Shown here: in pieces, positions 1 through 14,006 of the stretch
Layout: every line of letters starts with the position of its first letter
Numbering within the stretch: position 1 is the first letter of the stretch
NCBI RefSeq assembly: GCF_052908145.1
Contig: NZ_CM128602.1
Length of the DNA stretch: 32,000 nucleotides
Direction: 5' to 3' (one strand)
Program-made: the position numbers and the translations under genes
Notes under the pieces: model-generated
Seen by the model: the letters and a program-made list of their open reading frames with translations, nothing else
Database searches by the model: none
What the model was told of the DNA's origin: nothing

Positions 1-29
1 GACGGGCTTTTATGCCCAGGAGATGACTC

Positions 30-1640
30 ATGATGAGCAATGTTAAGAAAAAAGATGTGCCGCTGATAAGCATCAGCCTGGTGGCCATTCTTTTCATCGC
101 AGCTGCATTAAGCCTTTTCCCACAACAATCGGCCGACGCGGCCAACGCAATATACACTTTTGTTACGCGTACGTTAGGTTCCGCCGTACAGGTATTGGTT
201 TTGCTGGCAATGGGACTGGTGATTTATTTAGCCACCAGTAAATACGGCAATATTCGTCTTGGCGAAGGAAAACCGGAATACAGCACGCTCTCCTGGCTGT
301 TTATGTTTATTTGTGCCGGTTTAGGTTCTTCTACGCTTTATTGGGGGGTTGCTGAATGGGCCTATTATTATCAAACGCCTGGATTAAATATCGCACCGCG
401 TTCACAACAGGCACTCGAATTTAGCGTCCCTTACTCCTTCTTCCACTGGGGCATCAGCGCCTGGGCAACTTATACGCTGGCCTCATTAATCATGGCTTAT
501 CACTTTCATGTGCGTAAAAACAAAGGTCTGAGTCTTTCCGGCATTATTGCCGCGATTACCGGCGTTCGCCCGCAAGGCCCATGGGGAAAACTGGTTGATT
601 TGATGTTCCTGATCGCCACTGTCGGCGCACTGACTATTTCCCTTGTTGTCACCGCAGCAACCTTTACTCGTGGACTTTCCGCGCTGACCGGTTTACCCGA
701 TAACTTCACCGTGCAGGCATTTGTGATCCTGCTTTCCGGCGGCATTTTTTGCCTAAGCTCGTGGATTGGTATCAACAACGGTTTGCAACGTCTGAGCAAA
801 ATGGTTGGCTGGGGCGCGTTCCTGCTGCCATTACTGGTGCTGATTGTCGGCCCAACCGAATTTATTACCAGCAGCATCATCAATGCCATCGGTCTGACCA
901 CGCAAAACTTCCTGCAAATGAGCTTATTCACCGATCCGCTTGGCGATGGTTCATTTACCCGCAACTGGACCGTTTTCTACTGGCTGTGGTGGATCTCATA
1001 CACCCCTGGCGTAGCAATGTTTGTCACCCGCGTTTCCCGCGGTCGTAAGATTAAAGAAGTTATCTGGGGACTGATCCTCGGCAGCACCGTCGGTTGCTGG
1101 TTCTTCTTCGGCGTAATGGAAAGCTATGCCATTCATCAGTTTATCAATGGCGTAATCAACGTCCCACAGGTGCTGGAAACACTGGGCGGCGAAACAGCTG
1201 TACAGCAAGTTCTGATGTCGTTGCCAGCCGGTAAATTGTTCCTCGCCGCATACCTGGGCGTGATGATTATTTTCCTTGCCTCGCATATGGATGCAGTGGC
1301 CTACACCATGGCGGCGACCAGTACGCGTAATCTCCAGGAAGGTGACGATCCTGACCGTGGGCTGCGTCTTTTCTGGTGCGTGGTGATCACTCTGATCCCG
1401 CTTTCCATCTTGTTTACCGGTGCTTCGCTGGAAACGATGAAAACCACCGTCGTGCTCACAGCCCTTCCCTTCCTCGTCATTTTACTGGTGAAAGTCGGCG
1501 GATTTATTCGCTGGCTGAAACAGGATTACGCCGACATTCCGGCTCATCAAGTTGAACATTATCTCCCGCAGACACCGGTTGAAGCCCTGGAAAAAACACC
1601 AGTGCTCCCTGCGGGAACCGTATTCAAAGGCGACAACTGA
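30..1640 (+). CDS. yeaV: BCCT-family (betaine/carnitine/choline-type) transporter
   Basis: 536-aa multi-pass hydrophobic ORF carrying the BCCT signature segment [36 protein letters not shown] lies 7 nt upstream of the ATG at 30. It sits directly upstream of yeaW/yeaX as in K-12. Confidence 0.85.
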   Translation: MMSNVKKKDVPLISISLVAILFIAAALSLFPQQSADAANAIYTFVTRTLGSAVQVLVLLAMGLVIYLATSKYGNIRLGEGKPEYSTLSWLFMFICAGLGSSTLYWGVAEWAYYYQTPGLNIAPRSQQALEFSVPYSFFHWGISAWATYTLASLIMAYHFHVRKNKGLSLSGIIAAITGVRPQGPWGKLVDLMFLIATVGALTISLVVTAATFTRGLSALTGLPDNFTVQAFVILLSGGIFCLSSWIGINNGLQRLSKMVGWGAFLLPLLVLIVGPTEFITSSIINAIGLTTQNFLQMSLFTDPLGDGSFTRNWTVFYWLWWISYTPGVAMFVTRVSRGRKIKEVIWGLILGSTVGCWFFFGVMESYAIHQFINGVINVPQVLETLGGETAVQQVLMSLPAGKLFLAAYLGVMIIFLASHMDAVAYTMAATSTRNLQEGDDPDRGLRLFWCVVITLIPLSILFTGASLETMKTTVVLTALPFLVILLVKVGGFIRWLKQDYADIPAHQVEHYLPQTPVEALEKTPVLPAGTVFKGDN

Positions 1641-1671
1641 GCGCCATCATCCTAACGATAAAGGTATCCCT

Positions 1672-2796
1672 ATGAGCAATCTGAGCCCTGACTTTGTACT
1701 ACCCGAAAATTTTTGCGCTAACCCGCAAGAGGCGTGGACCATTCCTGCCCGTTTTTATACCGATCAGAACGCGTTTGAACACGAAAAAGAGAACGTCTTC
1801 GCCAAAAGCTGGATTTGCGTCGCTCACAGCAGCGAACTGGCGAATGCCAATGATTATGTGACGCGTGAGATCATTGGCGAAAGCATCGTGCTGGTACGCG
1901 GTCGTGATAAGGTTTTGCGCGCGTTCTATAACGTGTGTCCGCACCGTGGTCATCAGTTGTTGAGCGGTGAAGGAAAAGCAAAAAATGTGATTACCTGCCC
2001 GTATCACGCATGGGCATTCAAACTCGATGGCAACCTGGCCCATGCACGTAACTGCGAAAACGTCGCCAATTTCGATAGCGACAAAGCGCAACTGGTTCCG
2101 GTGCGTCTGGAAGAATATGCCGGATTCGTCTTCATCAACATGGACCCCAACGCCACCAGCGTAGAAGATCAATTACCCGGCCTGGGCGCGAAAGTGCTGG
2201 AAGCCTGCCCGGAAGTCCACGATCTGAAACTGGCGGCCCGCTTTACCACCCGCACGCCTGCCAACTGGAAGAACATTGTCGATAACTATCTCGAGTGCTA
2301 TCACTGTGGTCCGGCGCATCCAGGTTTCTCCGACTCCGTACAGGTTGATCGTTACTGGCACACCATGCACGGTAACTGGACGCTGCAATACGGTTTCGCC
2401 AAACCGTCCGAACAGTCGTTTAAATTTGAAGAGGGTACGGATGCGGCATTCCACGGTTTCTGGCTGTGGCCGTGCACGATGCTGAACGTCACCCCGATCA
2501 AAGGGATGATGACGGTCATTTATGAATTCCCGGTGGATTCTGAAACTACCCTGCAAAACTACGATATTTACTTCACCAATGAAGAGTTAACCGACGAGCA
2601 AAAATCGCTGATTGAGTGGTATCGCGATGTGTTCCGTCCGGAAGATTTACGTCTGGTTGAAAGCGTACAGAAAGGGCTGAAATCGCGTGGCTATCGTGGT
2701 CAGGGGCGCATCATGGCCGACAGTAGCGGTAGTGGCATTTCCGAACATGGTATCGCCCATTTCCATAATCTGCTGGCGCAGGTGTTTAAGGACTAA
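1672..2796 (+). CDS. yeaW: Rieske [2Fe-2S] oxygenase subunit (carnitine monooxygenase CntA-type)
   Basis: Rieske motif CPHRGH...CPYHAW. Start trimmed to the MSNLSPDF ATG at 1672, since the track ORF from 1552 overlaps the yeaV 3' end. 374 aa, recognised as YeaW. Confidence 0.9.
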   Translation: MSNLSPDFVLPENFCANPQEAWTIPARFYTDQNAFEHEKENVFAKSWICVAHSSELANANDYVTREIIGESIVLVRGRDKVLRAFYNVCPHRGHQLLSGEGKAKNVITCPYHAWAFKLDGNLAHARNCENVANFDSDKAQLVPVRLEEYAGFVFINMDPNATSVEDQLPGLGAKVLEACPEVHDLKLAARFTTRTPANWKNIVDNYLECYHCGPAHPGFSDSVQVDRYWHTMHGNWTLQYGFAKPSEQSFKFEEGTDAAFHGFWLWPCTMLNVTPIKGMMTVIYEFPVDSETTLQNYDIYFTNEELTDEQKSLIEWYRDVFRPEDLRLVESVQKGLKSRGYRGQGRIMADSSGSGISEHGIAHFHNLLAQVFKD

Positions 2797-2851
2797 TGAC
2801 ATCGGCGGCGGTATTTTCCGCCGCTGGGCTGATTTTTGATGGAGTACAGCA

Positions 2852-3817
2852 ATGTCAGACTATCAAATGTTTGAAGTACAGGTGAGCCAGGTTGAACCCC
2901 TTACCGAACAGGTGAAACGCTTCACGCTGGTGGCAACCGATGGCAAACCATTACCTGCGTTTTCTGGAGGAAGTCACGTCATTGTGCAGATGAGCGATGG
3001 TGATAACCAGTACAGCAATGCGTATTCACTACTGAGTTCGCCGCATGACACCTCTTGTTATCAGATTGCCGTTCGGCTGAAGGAAAACTCGCGCGGCGGT
3101 TCCCGCTTTTTGCATCAGCAGGTAAAAGTGGGCAATCGGTTAACGATTTCAACGCCTAATAACCTGTTTGCGCTAATTCCCTCAGCCAGAAAGCATCTGT
3201 TTATCGCGGGCGGTATTGGTATCACCCCTTTCCTGTCGCACATGGCAGAGCTGCAACACAGCGACGTCGACTGGCAGCTACATTACTGCTCGCGAAATCC
3301 AGAAAGTTGCGCATTTCGTGATGAGCTAGTCCAGCATCCGCAGGCTGAGAAAGTTCACTTGCATCACTCATCAACCGGAACACGACTGGAATTAGCGCGA
3401 TTATTGGCGGATATCGAACCTGGCACACACGTTTATACCTGTGGTCCCGAGGCGCTAAATGAAGCGGTAAGAAGTGAAGCTGCGCGTCTGGACATCGCCG
3501 CCGATACGCTGCACTTTGAGCAATTTGCTATCGAAGACAAAACCGGCGATGCCTTTACCCTGGTGCTTGCCCGTTCCGGAAAAGAGTTTGTGGTGCCGGA
3601 AGAGATGACTATTTTGCAGGTTATTGAAAATAATAAAGCCGCGAAAGTGGAATGTTTATGTCGTGAAGGGGTATGCGGAACCTGCGAAACAGCAATACTG
3701 GAAGGTGAAGCTGACCATCGGGATCAGTATTTTAGCGATGAAGAGCGTGCCAGCCAGCAAAGTATGTTGATCTGTTGTTCGCGTGCGAAGGGTAAACGCC
3801 TGGTGTTGGATTTGTAG
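2852..3817 (+). CDS. yeaX: Oxidoreductase/reductase partner of YeaW (FNR-like domain plus plant-type 2Fe-2S ferredoxin domain)
   Basis: 321 aa with a GGIGITP nucleotide-binding-like segment and a C-terminal CREGVCGTCE...C cluster motif. Operonic with yeaW. Confidence 0.9.
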   Translation: MSDYQMFEVQVSQVEPLTEQVKRFTLVATDGKPLPAFSGGSHVIVQMSDGDNQYSNAYSLLSSPHDTSCYQIAVRLKENSRGGSRFLHQQVKVGNRLTISTPNNLFALIPSARKHLFIAGGIGITPFLSHMAELQHSDVDWQLHYCSRNPESCAFRDELVQHPQAEKVHLHHSSTGTRLELARLLADIEPGTHVYTCGPEALNEAVRSEAARLDIAADTLHFEQFAIEDKTGDAFTLVLARSGKEFVVPEEMTILQVIENNKAAKVECLCREGVCGTCETAILEGEADHRDQYFSDEERASQQSMLICCSRAKGKRLVLDL

Positions 3818-3824
3818 TTTGCCA

Positions 3825-3861
3825 AAGCCGGATGTGGCGCTGAGCGCGCCCAGTCCGGCTT
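3825..3861. terminator. Hairpin between convergent yeaX and rnd (possible bidirectional terminator)
   Basis: AAGCCGGA (3825-3832) is the reverse complement of TCCGGCTT (3854-3861). It lies in the 53-nt gap between two convergent stop codons. Confidence 0.5.
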
Positions 3862-3870
3862 CGGAAGATT

Positions 3871-4998
3871 TTACTGCGGATATTCCTGCAATAAATTGTG
3901 TAATGCTTCCGCCATCAGCTCACCACGCCAGCCGGAAATCAGCTCCGGCAAATTGTTCTGCGGTTTCAGTTTCCAGTGCCAGTTCAGCAGTTGGTTGATT
4001 TGCCGACGCGATGCCAGCAATTCGGCGCTGATCTTATGCGTTTCGCTCACGTCAGTAATCAGCGACTTAATCGCTTTAAACGCTTTACGATAACCAGGCA
4101 TGTCCATCAGGTTAAGCATCGGCTGCGGTAAGGCCTCTTCCGGCAATGTCTGCGCTTTTTCCACCAGCGCCAGCAGCGTTTTACCGTGAAAGCGGATTTC
4201 GCTACCGGATAAACCCAGGCTGTCCAGTTCGCCTAAACTTCCCGGCATATAACGCGCGACCGACCACAAATGCTCTTCACGCACGACAAAGTTCACCGCC
4301 AGATCGCGCTCTCGCGCCTTGCGCAGTCGCCAGTCGGCTAACAGTTGCAGACAGGCCAGTTGGCGTGTGCGTAATTGCCAGGCATTGGTGATATCACGCC
4401 AGGCATCTTCCGGCGCAACGACTTCCTGACGACGCATTTGCATCAGGCGGCATTCATCCAGCGCCGCAGGTAGCCAGCCGGAGGCCTCCGTTTCTACCAT
4501 AAGCTTGGCGGTGATCGGTAACAGATACCAGACATCCGCCGCTGCGTATTCACACTGACGTTCGGTCAGCGGTCTGGCCAGCCAGTCGGTGCGCGATTCA
4601 CTCTTGTCCAGCGTAACGCCGGAATACTCTTCCACCATGGAAGCGAAACCCCATGACATCGGGCGTCCGCAGAAGGCAGCAAGGATTTGCGTGTCAATCA
4701 AGGGTTGTGGTAATTCGCCAAAGACATTGAGGAACACTTCCAGATCTTCACTGCCTGCATGGAGAAATTTTGTGATGGACGGATCGCGCAGGATCGCTTT
4801 CAGCGGTGACCAGTCGGTGATCCCGAGAGGATCAATTAGCGCCAGATGCTCGCCATCGAAAAGTTGAATCAACCCCAGCTGCGGGTAATAAGTGCGCGTA
4901 CGAACAAATTCAGTATCCAGGGCTATCGCCGGAAAGGCACGGACGGCTTCACACAAAGAAGCCAGCGCATCGTCCGTGGTAATCATTTGGTAATTCAA
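3871..4998 (-). CDS. rnd: Ribonuclease D (DEDD 3'-5' exoribonuclease with HRDC domains)
   Basis: 375 aa starting MNYQMITTDDALASL, with the ALDTEF exonuclease motif. The first codon on the minus strand (4996-4998) is TTG, matching the known UUG start of rnd. Confidence 0.92.
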   Translation of the reverse strand: MNYQMITTDDALASLCEAVRAFPAIALDTEFVRTRTYYPQLGLIQLFDGEHLALIDPLGITDWSPLKAILRDPSITKFLHAGSEDLEVFLNVFGELPQPLIDTQILAAFCGRPMSWGFASMVEEYSGVTLDKSESRTDWLARPLTERQCEYAAADVWYLLPITAKLMVETEASGWLPAALDECRLMQMRRQEVVAPEDAWRDITNAWQLRTRQLACLQLLADWRLRKARERDLAVNFVVREEHLWSVARYMPGSLGELDSLGLSGSEIRFHGKTLLALVEKAQTLPEEALPQPMLNLMDMPGYRKAFKAIKSLITDVSETHKISAELLASRRQINQLLNWHWKLKPQNNLPELISGWRGELMAEALHNLLQEYPQ

Positions 4999-5022
4999 AT
5001 TGTTTTCTCTTTAGTGGGCGTC

Positions 5023-5048
5023 AAAAAAAACGCCGGATTAACCGGCGT
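5023..5048 (-). terminator. Rho-independent terminator of fadD; the same hairpin plus U8 tract lies in the rnd 5' leader
   Basis: Minus strand reads ACGCCGG-TTAAT-CCGGCGT followed by TTTTTTTT. It is 20 nt after the fadD stop and about 25 nt before the rnd UUG start. Confidence 0.75.
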
Positions 5049-5067
5049 CTGACGACTGACTTAACAC

Positions 5068-6753
5068 TCAGGCTTTATTGTCCACTTTGCCGCGCGCTTC
5101 GTCACGTAATTCTCGTCGCAAAATTTTTCCGACGTTAGATTTCGGTAACTCATCACGAAACTCCACCAGCTTCGGTACTTTGTAGCCCGTGAGCTGACGG
5201 CGGCAAAAGGTCACCAGTGACTCTTCGGTAAGCGATGGATCTTTTTTCACTACGAAGATTTTCACCGCTTCACCACTGGAGCCGGAAGGTACGCCAACAG
5301 CCGCGACTTCCTGTACGCCAGGATGCTGCATGACGACATCTTCAATCTCGTTGGGATAGACGTTAAAACCGGAAACCAGAATCATGTCTTTTTTACGATC
5401 GACAATGCGCAGGAACCCTTCTTCATCCATCACCGCGATGTCGCCGGTGTGTAACCAGCCATTTTTGATGATCTCATCTGTAGCATCCGGACGCTGCCAG
5501 TAACCCAGCATCACCTGCGGTCCTTTGACACAAAGCTCACCCGGTTGACCCGGTGGTACTTCATTATCATCATCATCCACCAGTTTGGCTTCCGTCGACG
5601 GCACCGGCAAACCGATGCTACCACTATGATAATCAATATCATATGGGTTAACGCTGACCAGCGGCGCACACTCGGTAAGGCCATAGCCTTCCAGCAGATA
5701 CTGTCCTGTCAGTTTCACCCAACGCTCTGCCACCACTTGCTGCACTGGCATCCCTCCGCCTGCGGAAAGATGCAGACTGGAGAAATCCAGCTGCTGGAAC
5801 TCTTTATTGTTCAGCAACGCATTGAACAAGGTGTTAACGCCCGTGATAGCGGTAAACGGATATTTCGCTAACTCTTTTACCAACCCTGGAATATCGCGCG
5901 GGTTAGTGATAAGCAGGTTCTGCCCACCCAGTTCGATAAACAGCAGGCAGTTAATGGTCAGGGCAAAAATGTGATACAGCGGCAGCGCCGTCACCACCAG
6001 CTCTTTGCCCGGATGCAACAGCGGACCATAGGTCGCGTTAACCTGTTCCAGGTTCGCCAGCATATTGCGGTGAGTCAGCATCGCGCCTTTCGCCACACCA
6101 GTGGTGCCGCCGGTGTATTGCAGAAAAGCTAAATCTTCCGGCACCAGTTCGGGTTTGACGTACTGCATCCGGTAGCCGTTATGCAGTGCGCTACGAAATG
6201 AAATGGCATCTGGCAGATGGTATTTCGGCACCAAACGCTTGATGTATTTAACAACGAAATTGACTACCGTGCCTTTTGCCGTAGATAGCTGATCGCCCAT
6301 ACGGGTCAGAATTACGTGCTGAACGGCGGTTTTATCAACCACTTTTTCCAGTGTGTGAGCAAAGTTAGACACGATAACAATCGCCGATGCGCCGCTATCG
6401 TTAAGCTGATGCTCAAGCTCACGCGGGGTATACAACGGGTTAACGTTTACGACGATCATCCCGGCACGCAAAATGCCAAACAGCGCCACCGGATATTGCA
6501 ATAAATTAGGCATCATCAACGCAACGCGATCGCCTTTCTTCAGCCCCAACCCTTGTTGCAAATAAGCGGCAAACGCGCGACTGCGTTCTTCCAGCTTGCG
6601 GAAGGTCATTACCTCCCCCATATTCACAAACGCAGGCTGATCGGCGTAGCGCGCGACCGACTGCTCAAACATATCTACCAGAGATTGATAACGGTCAGGG
6701 TTGATCTCCGTCGGAACGTCCGCGGGATAACGGTTAAGCCAAACCTTCTTCAA
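5068..6753 (-). CDS. fadD: Long-chain-fatty-acid--CoA ligase
   Basis: AMP-binding motif [12 protein letters not shown] and a 561-aa product beginning (L)[13 protein letters not shown]. The codon at 6751-6753 is TTG on the minus strand, the known non-ATG start. The longer 583-aa track ORF is an upstream extension. Confidence 0.9.
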
Positions 6754-6825
6754 TTCTTCACCTCTAAAATGCGTGTTCGTCGTCATCGCAACCCCAAATG
6801 ATATACATGCCGTTAACATAATATT

Positions 6826-6842
6826 AACTCATCATACCAGCT
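6826..6842 (-). promoter_or_regulatory. Candidate FadR operator in the fadD promoter
   Basis: Minus strand reads AGCTGGTATGATGAGTT, a good match to the FadR consensus ANCTGGTCNGAYNTGTT. It lies 73-89 nt upstream of the fadD start. Confidence 0.55.
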
Positions 6843-6910
6843 TGATAATTACCCAACGAAAAGGTTGCGAAGCGCGTCACTATTTATTTTTATCTTTACC
6901 GTAAGAATGC

Positions 6911-6937
6911 AGAAACAGCGGACCAGCCGCTGTTTCT
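6911..6937. terminator. Strong hairpin downstream of yeaY
   Basis: AGAAACAGCGG (6911-6921) pairs with CCGCTGTTTCT (6927-6937) across a 5-nt loop. The T-run is on the plus-strand side. It lies 21 nt beyond the yeaY stop. Confidence 0.45.
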
Positions 6938-6957
6938 TTTTCTTTAAAAACAAGCAA

Positions 6958-7539
6958 TTATTCAGTTACAACTGTTTGTACTCTCGCGGGGCCGGGATTA
7001 TACCAGCCCCATCCGCCATAGCCATAGGGCCAGCCACGACCGCCATAAAACCATGGATCAATCGGCTGAGGCGGCATAATCACCTGCTGGGTTAAATGCC
7101 AACGTTTGTAACCCGTTACTTGCATCACCATAAATTTATAGGGCGTGTTGCCGATTTTTCCGTCAACCGCACCAGTGATTGGCCCGACTACCGTAACCAG
7201 TTGTCCACGGAAATCCACCGGGTCCAGAAAACCGTTCATATCGGCATAAATGCGACCGCGAGAAGGTTCTCCCAGCGTCGGTCTGGCTCCGCTGTCCAGC
7301 GGTACGGTAGCAATTTCCAGGCGGGTTTTCCCTTGCTGGTTTTGTACCGCAACCACTTTGCCACCAAAGCGTGCCTCCTGACCAACGTACAGCTGCGGCG
7401 CACTCATCACCCGAACTAAATCTTGTTGCGGCGTGGGACTGCTGCCTTTAATGGCGTCCGGCACAGTGACACAACCGCTCAGCATTAGCGCAAACGTACC
7501 TGCCAGTATGCCTTTGATAACATTCTTTTGAACCGCCAT
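6958..7539 (-). CDS. yeaY: Slp-family outer-membrane lipoprotein
   Basis: 193 aa with a signal peptide ending in the lipobox LSGC. Recognised as YeaY. Confidence 0.85.
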   Translation of the reverse strand: MAVQKNVIKGILAGTFALMLSGCVTVPDAIKGSSPTPQQDLVRVMSAPQLYVGQEARFGGKVVAVQNQQGKTRLEIATVPLDSGARPTLGEPSRGRIYADMNGFLDPVDFRGQLVTVVGPITGAVDGKIGNTPYKFMVMQVTGYKRWHLTQQVIMPPQPIDPWFYGGRGWPYGYGGWGWYNPGPARVQTVVTE

Positions 7540-7578
7540 GGTGCGACTCCTTTTTTTCTCAGGGCATACTCTTAAGAT

Positions 7579-8274
7579 TCATTCTTTGCCCGGAAGTTTC
7601 TTCCATGCGACGTTGTTACGTAAATAAACCGGTTCGGCATGTTCCACCGCCACCGTTTTACCCTCGGCAAACATCTGACACGCAATCGGCAGCATATCTT
7701 CAGCAGCAGGCAGTAACACTTCGCCATCGCGCAAAACCAGCCCGCTCTCTTTACCGAGATCCGGCCAGGCTTGCCAGCCCGTCCCTACCGTCACCCATTC
7801 GCCGGAAAGCTGTTGCATTCGTTCATGGACGATTTCGGGTTTGAGTACGGCTTCGGTTTCTTCACCGTGCCAGATACCGTTTTCATCACGCTGATATTCG
7901 GCCCAGTAAACTTCGCCCATTCGCGCGTCAATGGCTGACAGCACGCGGGTTGCGCCGTTTTTGCGCCACGCCCCTTGCGCCATCGTCATTAGCGTGGAGA
8001 CGCCAATCATCGGTAATTCCGCGCCAAGCGCCAGCCCTTGCGCGATGCCAATACCAATGCGCACGCCGGTAAAGCTACCGGGGCCGCGCCCGTAAGCCAG
8101 AGCGTTTATGTCAGTCAGGGAAGTTCCGCTGGTGGTCAGGATATCCTGCACCATCGGTAAGATTCGTTGAGTATGTTCACGAGGGCAAAGCTCAAAATGA
8201 GCGTTGACAGTACCGTCGTTCCACAGGGCGACAGAGCAGGCCTCTGTCGCGGTATCGATAGCCAGAATTCGCAT
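7579..8274 (-). CDS. tsaB: tRNA N6-threonylcarbamoyladenosine (t6A) modification protein TsaB
   Basis: Start trimmed to [17 protein letters not shown] (ATG at 8272-8274), giving 231 aa with an ASKHA-fold N-terminus. Recognised as YeaZ/TsaB. Confidence 0.9.
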   Translation of the reverse strand: MRILAIDTATEACSVALWNDGTVNAHFELCPREHTQRILPMVQDILTTSGTSLTDINALAYGRGPGSFTGVRIGIGIAQGLALGAELPMIGVSTLMTMAQGAWRKNGATRVLSAIDARMGEVYWAEYQRDENGIWHGEETEAVLKPEIVHERMQQLSGEWVTVGTGWQAWPDLGKESGLVLRDGEVLLPAAEDMLPIACQMFAEGKTVAVEHAEPVYLRNNVAWKKLPGKE

Positions 8275-8331
8275 GGGTCTTCGTGCTTTTTTCAATAAAA
8301 AGGCGCGCATCATACCATACTCCGTAACAAA

Positions 8332-10242
8332 TTACCTGGAGGATGGTATCGCAAGGAAACGAACCGCACGGGCAATGTCACGAGTGCGTGGCGCGGGCGG
8401 CAGACTGGCGAGAAACGTCGCGCCGTAAGGACGCATCACCAGCCGATTGTCACAAATCACCAGCACGCCACGATCGTCGGCGTCGCGAATCAGTCGCCCT
8501 ACCCCCTGTTTGAGAGTAATGACGGCATCTGGTAGTTGCACTTCATCGAACGGGTCGCCACCGCGCAAACGACAATCTTCCATGCGCGCTTTTAACAGTG
8601 GATCATCCGGCGAGGTAAACGGCAACTTGTCGATAATCACCAATGACAATGTATCGCCACGCACGTCCACCCCTTCCCAGAAACTACTGGTTGCCACAAG
8701 AAGCGCGTTACCGGCGCTGACAAATTGCTGCAACAGTTGCCCTTTGCTGGTTTCCCCCTGCAACAAAACGGGAAGCGTCATGGTAGCGCGGAACTGCTCG
8801 GCCAGATCACGCATCATGGCGTGCGAGGTACAAAGCATAAAACAACGACCGTTGTTAGCTTCGATGATCGGTCGCAGCATTGCCGCTAACTGGCGAGCAG
8901 AACCTGGCTGGTTGGTTTGCGGCAGATTGCGCGGCACACAGAGTAACGCCTGGCGGCTGTAATCAAACGGGCTTGGCAATAGCAACGACTCCGCCTGTTC
9001 TATCCCAAGCCGCGAGGTGAAATGATGCAGATCGTCGTTCACCGACAGCGTTGCTGAGGTGAAGATCCAGCTACCAGGCTTTTGCGCCATTAACTCTTTG
9101 AATTTATCCGCCACGCTGAGCGGCGTGAGAGCCAGAGTAAAATGGCGCGAAGTGCATTCGTACCAGTAGCTGTAGCCCGGCTGATTGATCTCTTTTAGCC
9201 GCTTCAGCCGTGTGCGATACAACGTAGCGCGCTCAAATGCCGCATCCAGCAAGGCGGAACGCCCCAGTGACAGTTTCGCCACGTCATAACAAAGTTCCAG
9301 GGTGTCATCGAGCAGTAAAAATGCCCGCTGAATTTGCGGATTAGCTAACAGCTCACGCAGGTTACCGCGATAACCTGGCTCACCGAGTTGCAGACGAAAA
9401 TCCTGCGCACTCTGGGCAAGACGATCAGCGCACTTTTGTAACTGCTGGGTGTCTTTTAATTCGGTGCGGTAGGCGATGGTGATGTCTTTTGCCAGGTCGA
9501 GCAGTTGTCGACTGGAGAGTGACTGACCAAAATACTGGCTGGCAATGTCCGGTAGCTGGTGGGCTTCGTCGAAGATCATGACGTCCGCTTCCGGGATCAG
9601 TTCGCCAAATCCACTCTCTTTAACCACCATATCCGCCAGAAAGAGATGATGGTTTACCACCACCACATCGGCGTCCATCGCTTTTTTACGTGCTTTGACC
9701 ACAAAGCAATCTTTATACATCGGGCAGTCGCTGCCAAGACAGTTGTCGTTGGTGCTGGTGACCAGCGACCACGCCTGTGAATCTTCCGCCACGCTGACGC
9801 AGGTGCTGATATCACCATCGACTGTTTGATTAGACCAGGAGCGCAGCAGGATCACATCGCTTAAGATTTGTACCGGCAGATCGCCCCCCGCCAGCGCCTG
9901 CTGTTCGAGACGTTCGAGGCAGAGGTAGTTTGAGCGTCCTTTCAGCAGCGCCACGTTGCCCGTATATTTCAATGCCTTTGAGACTGTTGGCAAATCGCGG
10001 CTGTAGAGCTGATCCTGCAACGCTTTTGAGCCGGTCGAGATAATGACTTTCTTTTTCGCCCGCAGCGCAGGAGCCAGGTAAGCGTAGGTTTTGCCCGTAC
10101 CGGTTCCTGCTTCCACCACCAGCGGCTGGCCTTTTTCTATCGCCTGGGTGACGGCTACCGCCATCTGTCGCTGTGGTTCTCGCGGCTTAAAGCCTGGTAT
10201 CGCTTTCGCCAGCTGACCGTCTGGTGCAAAATCGTCCGTCAC
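8332..10242 (-). CDS. yoaA: DinG/XPD-family ATP-dependent DNA helicase
   Basis: Walker A AGTGTGKT, DEAH box in IFDEAHQL, and a four-Cys cluster region. The 636-aa product starts at the GTG at 10240-10242 (VTDDFAPDGQ) with AGGGGG 5 nt upstream. The 712-aa track ORF continues across the prophage junction and is not believed. Confidence 0.9.
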   Translation of the reverse strand: MTDDFAPDGQLAKAIPGFKPREPQRQMAVAVTQAIEKGQPLVVEAGTGTGKTYAYLAPALRAKKKVIISTGSKALQDQLYSRDLPTVSKALKYTGNVALLKGRSNYLCLERLEQQALAGGDLPVQILSDVILLRSWSNQTVDGDISTCVSVAEDSQAWSLVTSTNDNCLGSDCPMYKDCFVVKARKKAMDADVVVVNHHLFLADMVVKESGFGELIPEADVMIFDEAHQLPDIASQYFGQSLSSRQLLDLAKDITIAYRTELKDTQQLQKCADRLAQSAQDFRLQLGEPGYRGNLRELLANPQIQRAFLLLDDTLELCYDVAKLSLGRSALLDAAFERATLYRTRLKRLKEINQPGYSYWYECTSRHFTLALTPLSVADKFKELMAQKPGSWIFTSATLSVNDDLHHFTSRLGIEQAESLLLPSPFDYSRQALLCVPRNLPQTNQPGSARQLAAMLRPIIEANNGRCFMLCTSHAMMRDLAEQFRATMTLPVLLQGETSKGQLLQQFVSAGNALLVATSSFWEGVDVRGDTLSLVIIDKLPFTSPDDPLLKARMEDCRLRGGDPFDEVQLPDAVITLKQGVGRLIRDADDRGVLVICDNRLVMRPYGATFLASLPPAPRTRDIARAVRFLAIPSSR

Positions 10243-10249
10243 ACTACCC

Positions 10250-13405
<3,156 letters not shown>

Positions 13406-13435
13406 CTGAATTTTTAACATTGAGGAGTCTGATTT

Positions 13436-13861
13436 ATGAATCAAATTTACGACAGTTTTCCGTTTCCTTCCCCTGAGGGTTTTACCGCAGGTATGACAAT
13501 GGCGGGATATTTTATTCACGCCACTGTCATAAATGATGAGGAGTTAAAACCCACGGGTTCTCATTATAACCCTGAGGCTAAACCCAAATATGCCATTGTT
13601 ATTGCCTATCCGTATGAGGACCGAAAATTAAAAGTCCGCCGTGAGGAGCATGAGCGATTTTCCTGTACTGAGGAGGATTTTAAATTTTTTAATTCATGTC
13701 CTGATTTGCAGGGCAAACCTGTTTATCTCACGGTGGATGTTAACTCATGGTCGACAGGCTCTGAACGTCATGGTGTCTGGTATCGTTTTATTTCCGGCTC
13801 CATGAAACGTTTTGACGGTCAGCCGCTGGGTGCGCTGCCCGCAGGTAAAGAAAAAGGCTGA
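13436..13861 (+). CDS. Hypothetical protein in the gV position (possible ssDNA-binding protein)
   Basis: 141-aa ORF with GAGGAG 8 nt upstream. The assignment rests on position only, between the initiator and the small coat genes. No motif was recognised. Confidence 0.4.
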   Translation: MNQIYDSFPFPSPEGFTAGMTMAGYFIHATVINDEELKPTGSHYNPEAKPKYAIVIAYPYEDRKLKVRREEHERFSCTEEDFKFFNSCPDLQGKPVYLTVDVNSWSTGSERHGVWYRFISGSMKRFDGQPLGALPAGKEKG

Positions 13862-13865
13862 TGAT

Positions 13866-14006
13866 ATGTCTGACGCTGATTTTCTGAACTTTGTTTTATT
13901 TGCTGCGCCTGCAATGATTTTATTTTCTTCAGGTTTTGTCATCGGAATAAAACTGATTCGCGCCTGTGACTCACAAAGCATTACTGTTCAGCGTTATTAT
14001 GACTGA
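13866..14006 (+). CDS. Small hydrophobic virion protein candidate (gVII/gIX-like)
   Basis: 46 aa, MSDADFLNFVLFAAPAMILFSSGFVIGIKLI..., with a single TM helix. It sits in the position of the minor cap proteins. Confidence 0.45.
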   Translation: MSDADFLNFVLFAAPAMILFSSGFVIGIKLIRACDSQSITVQRYYD

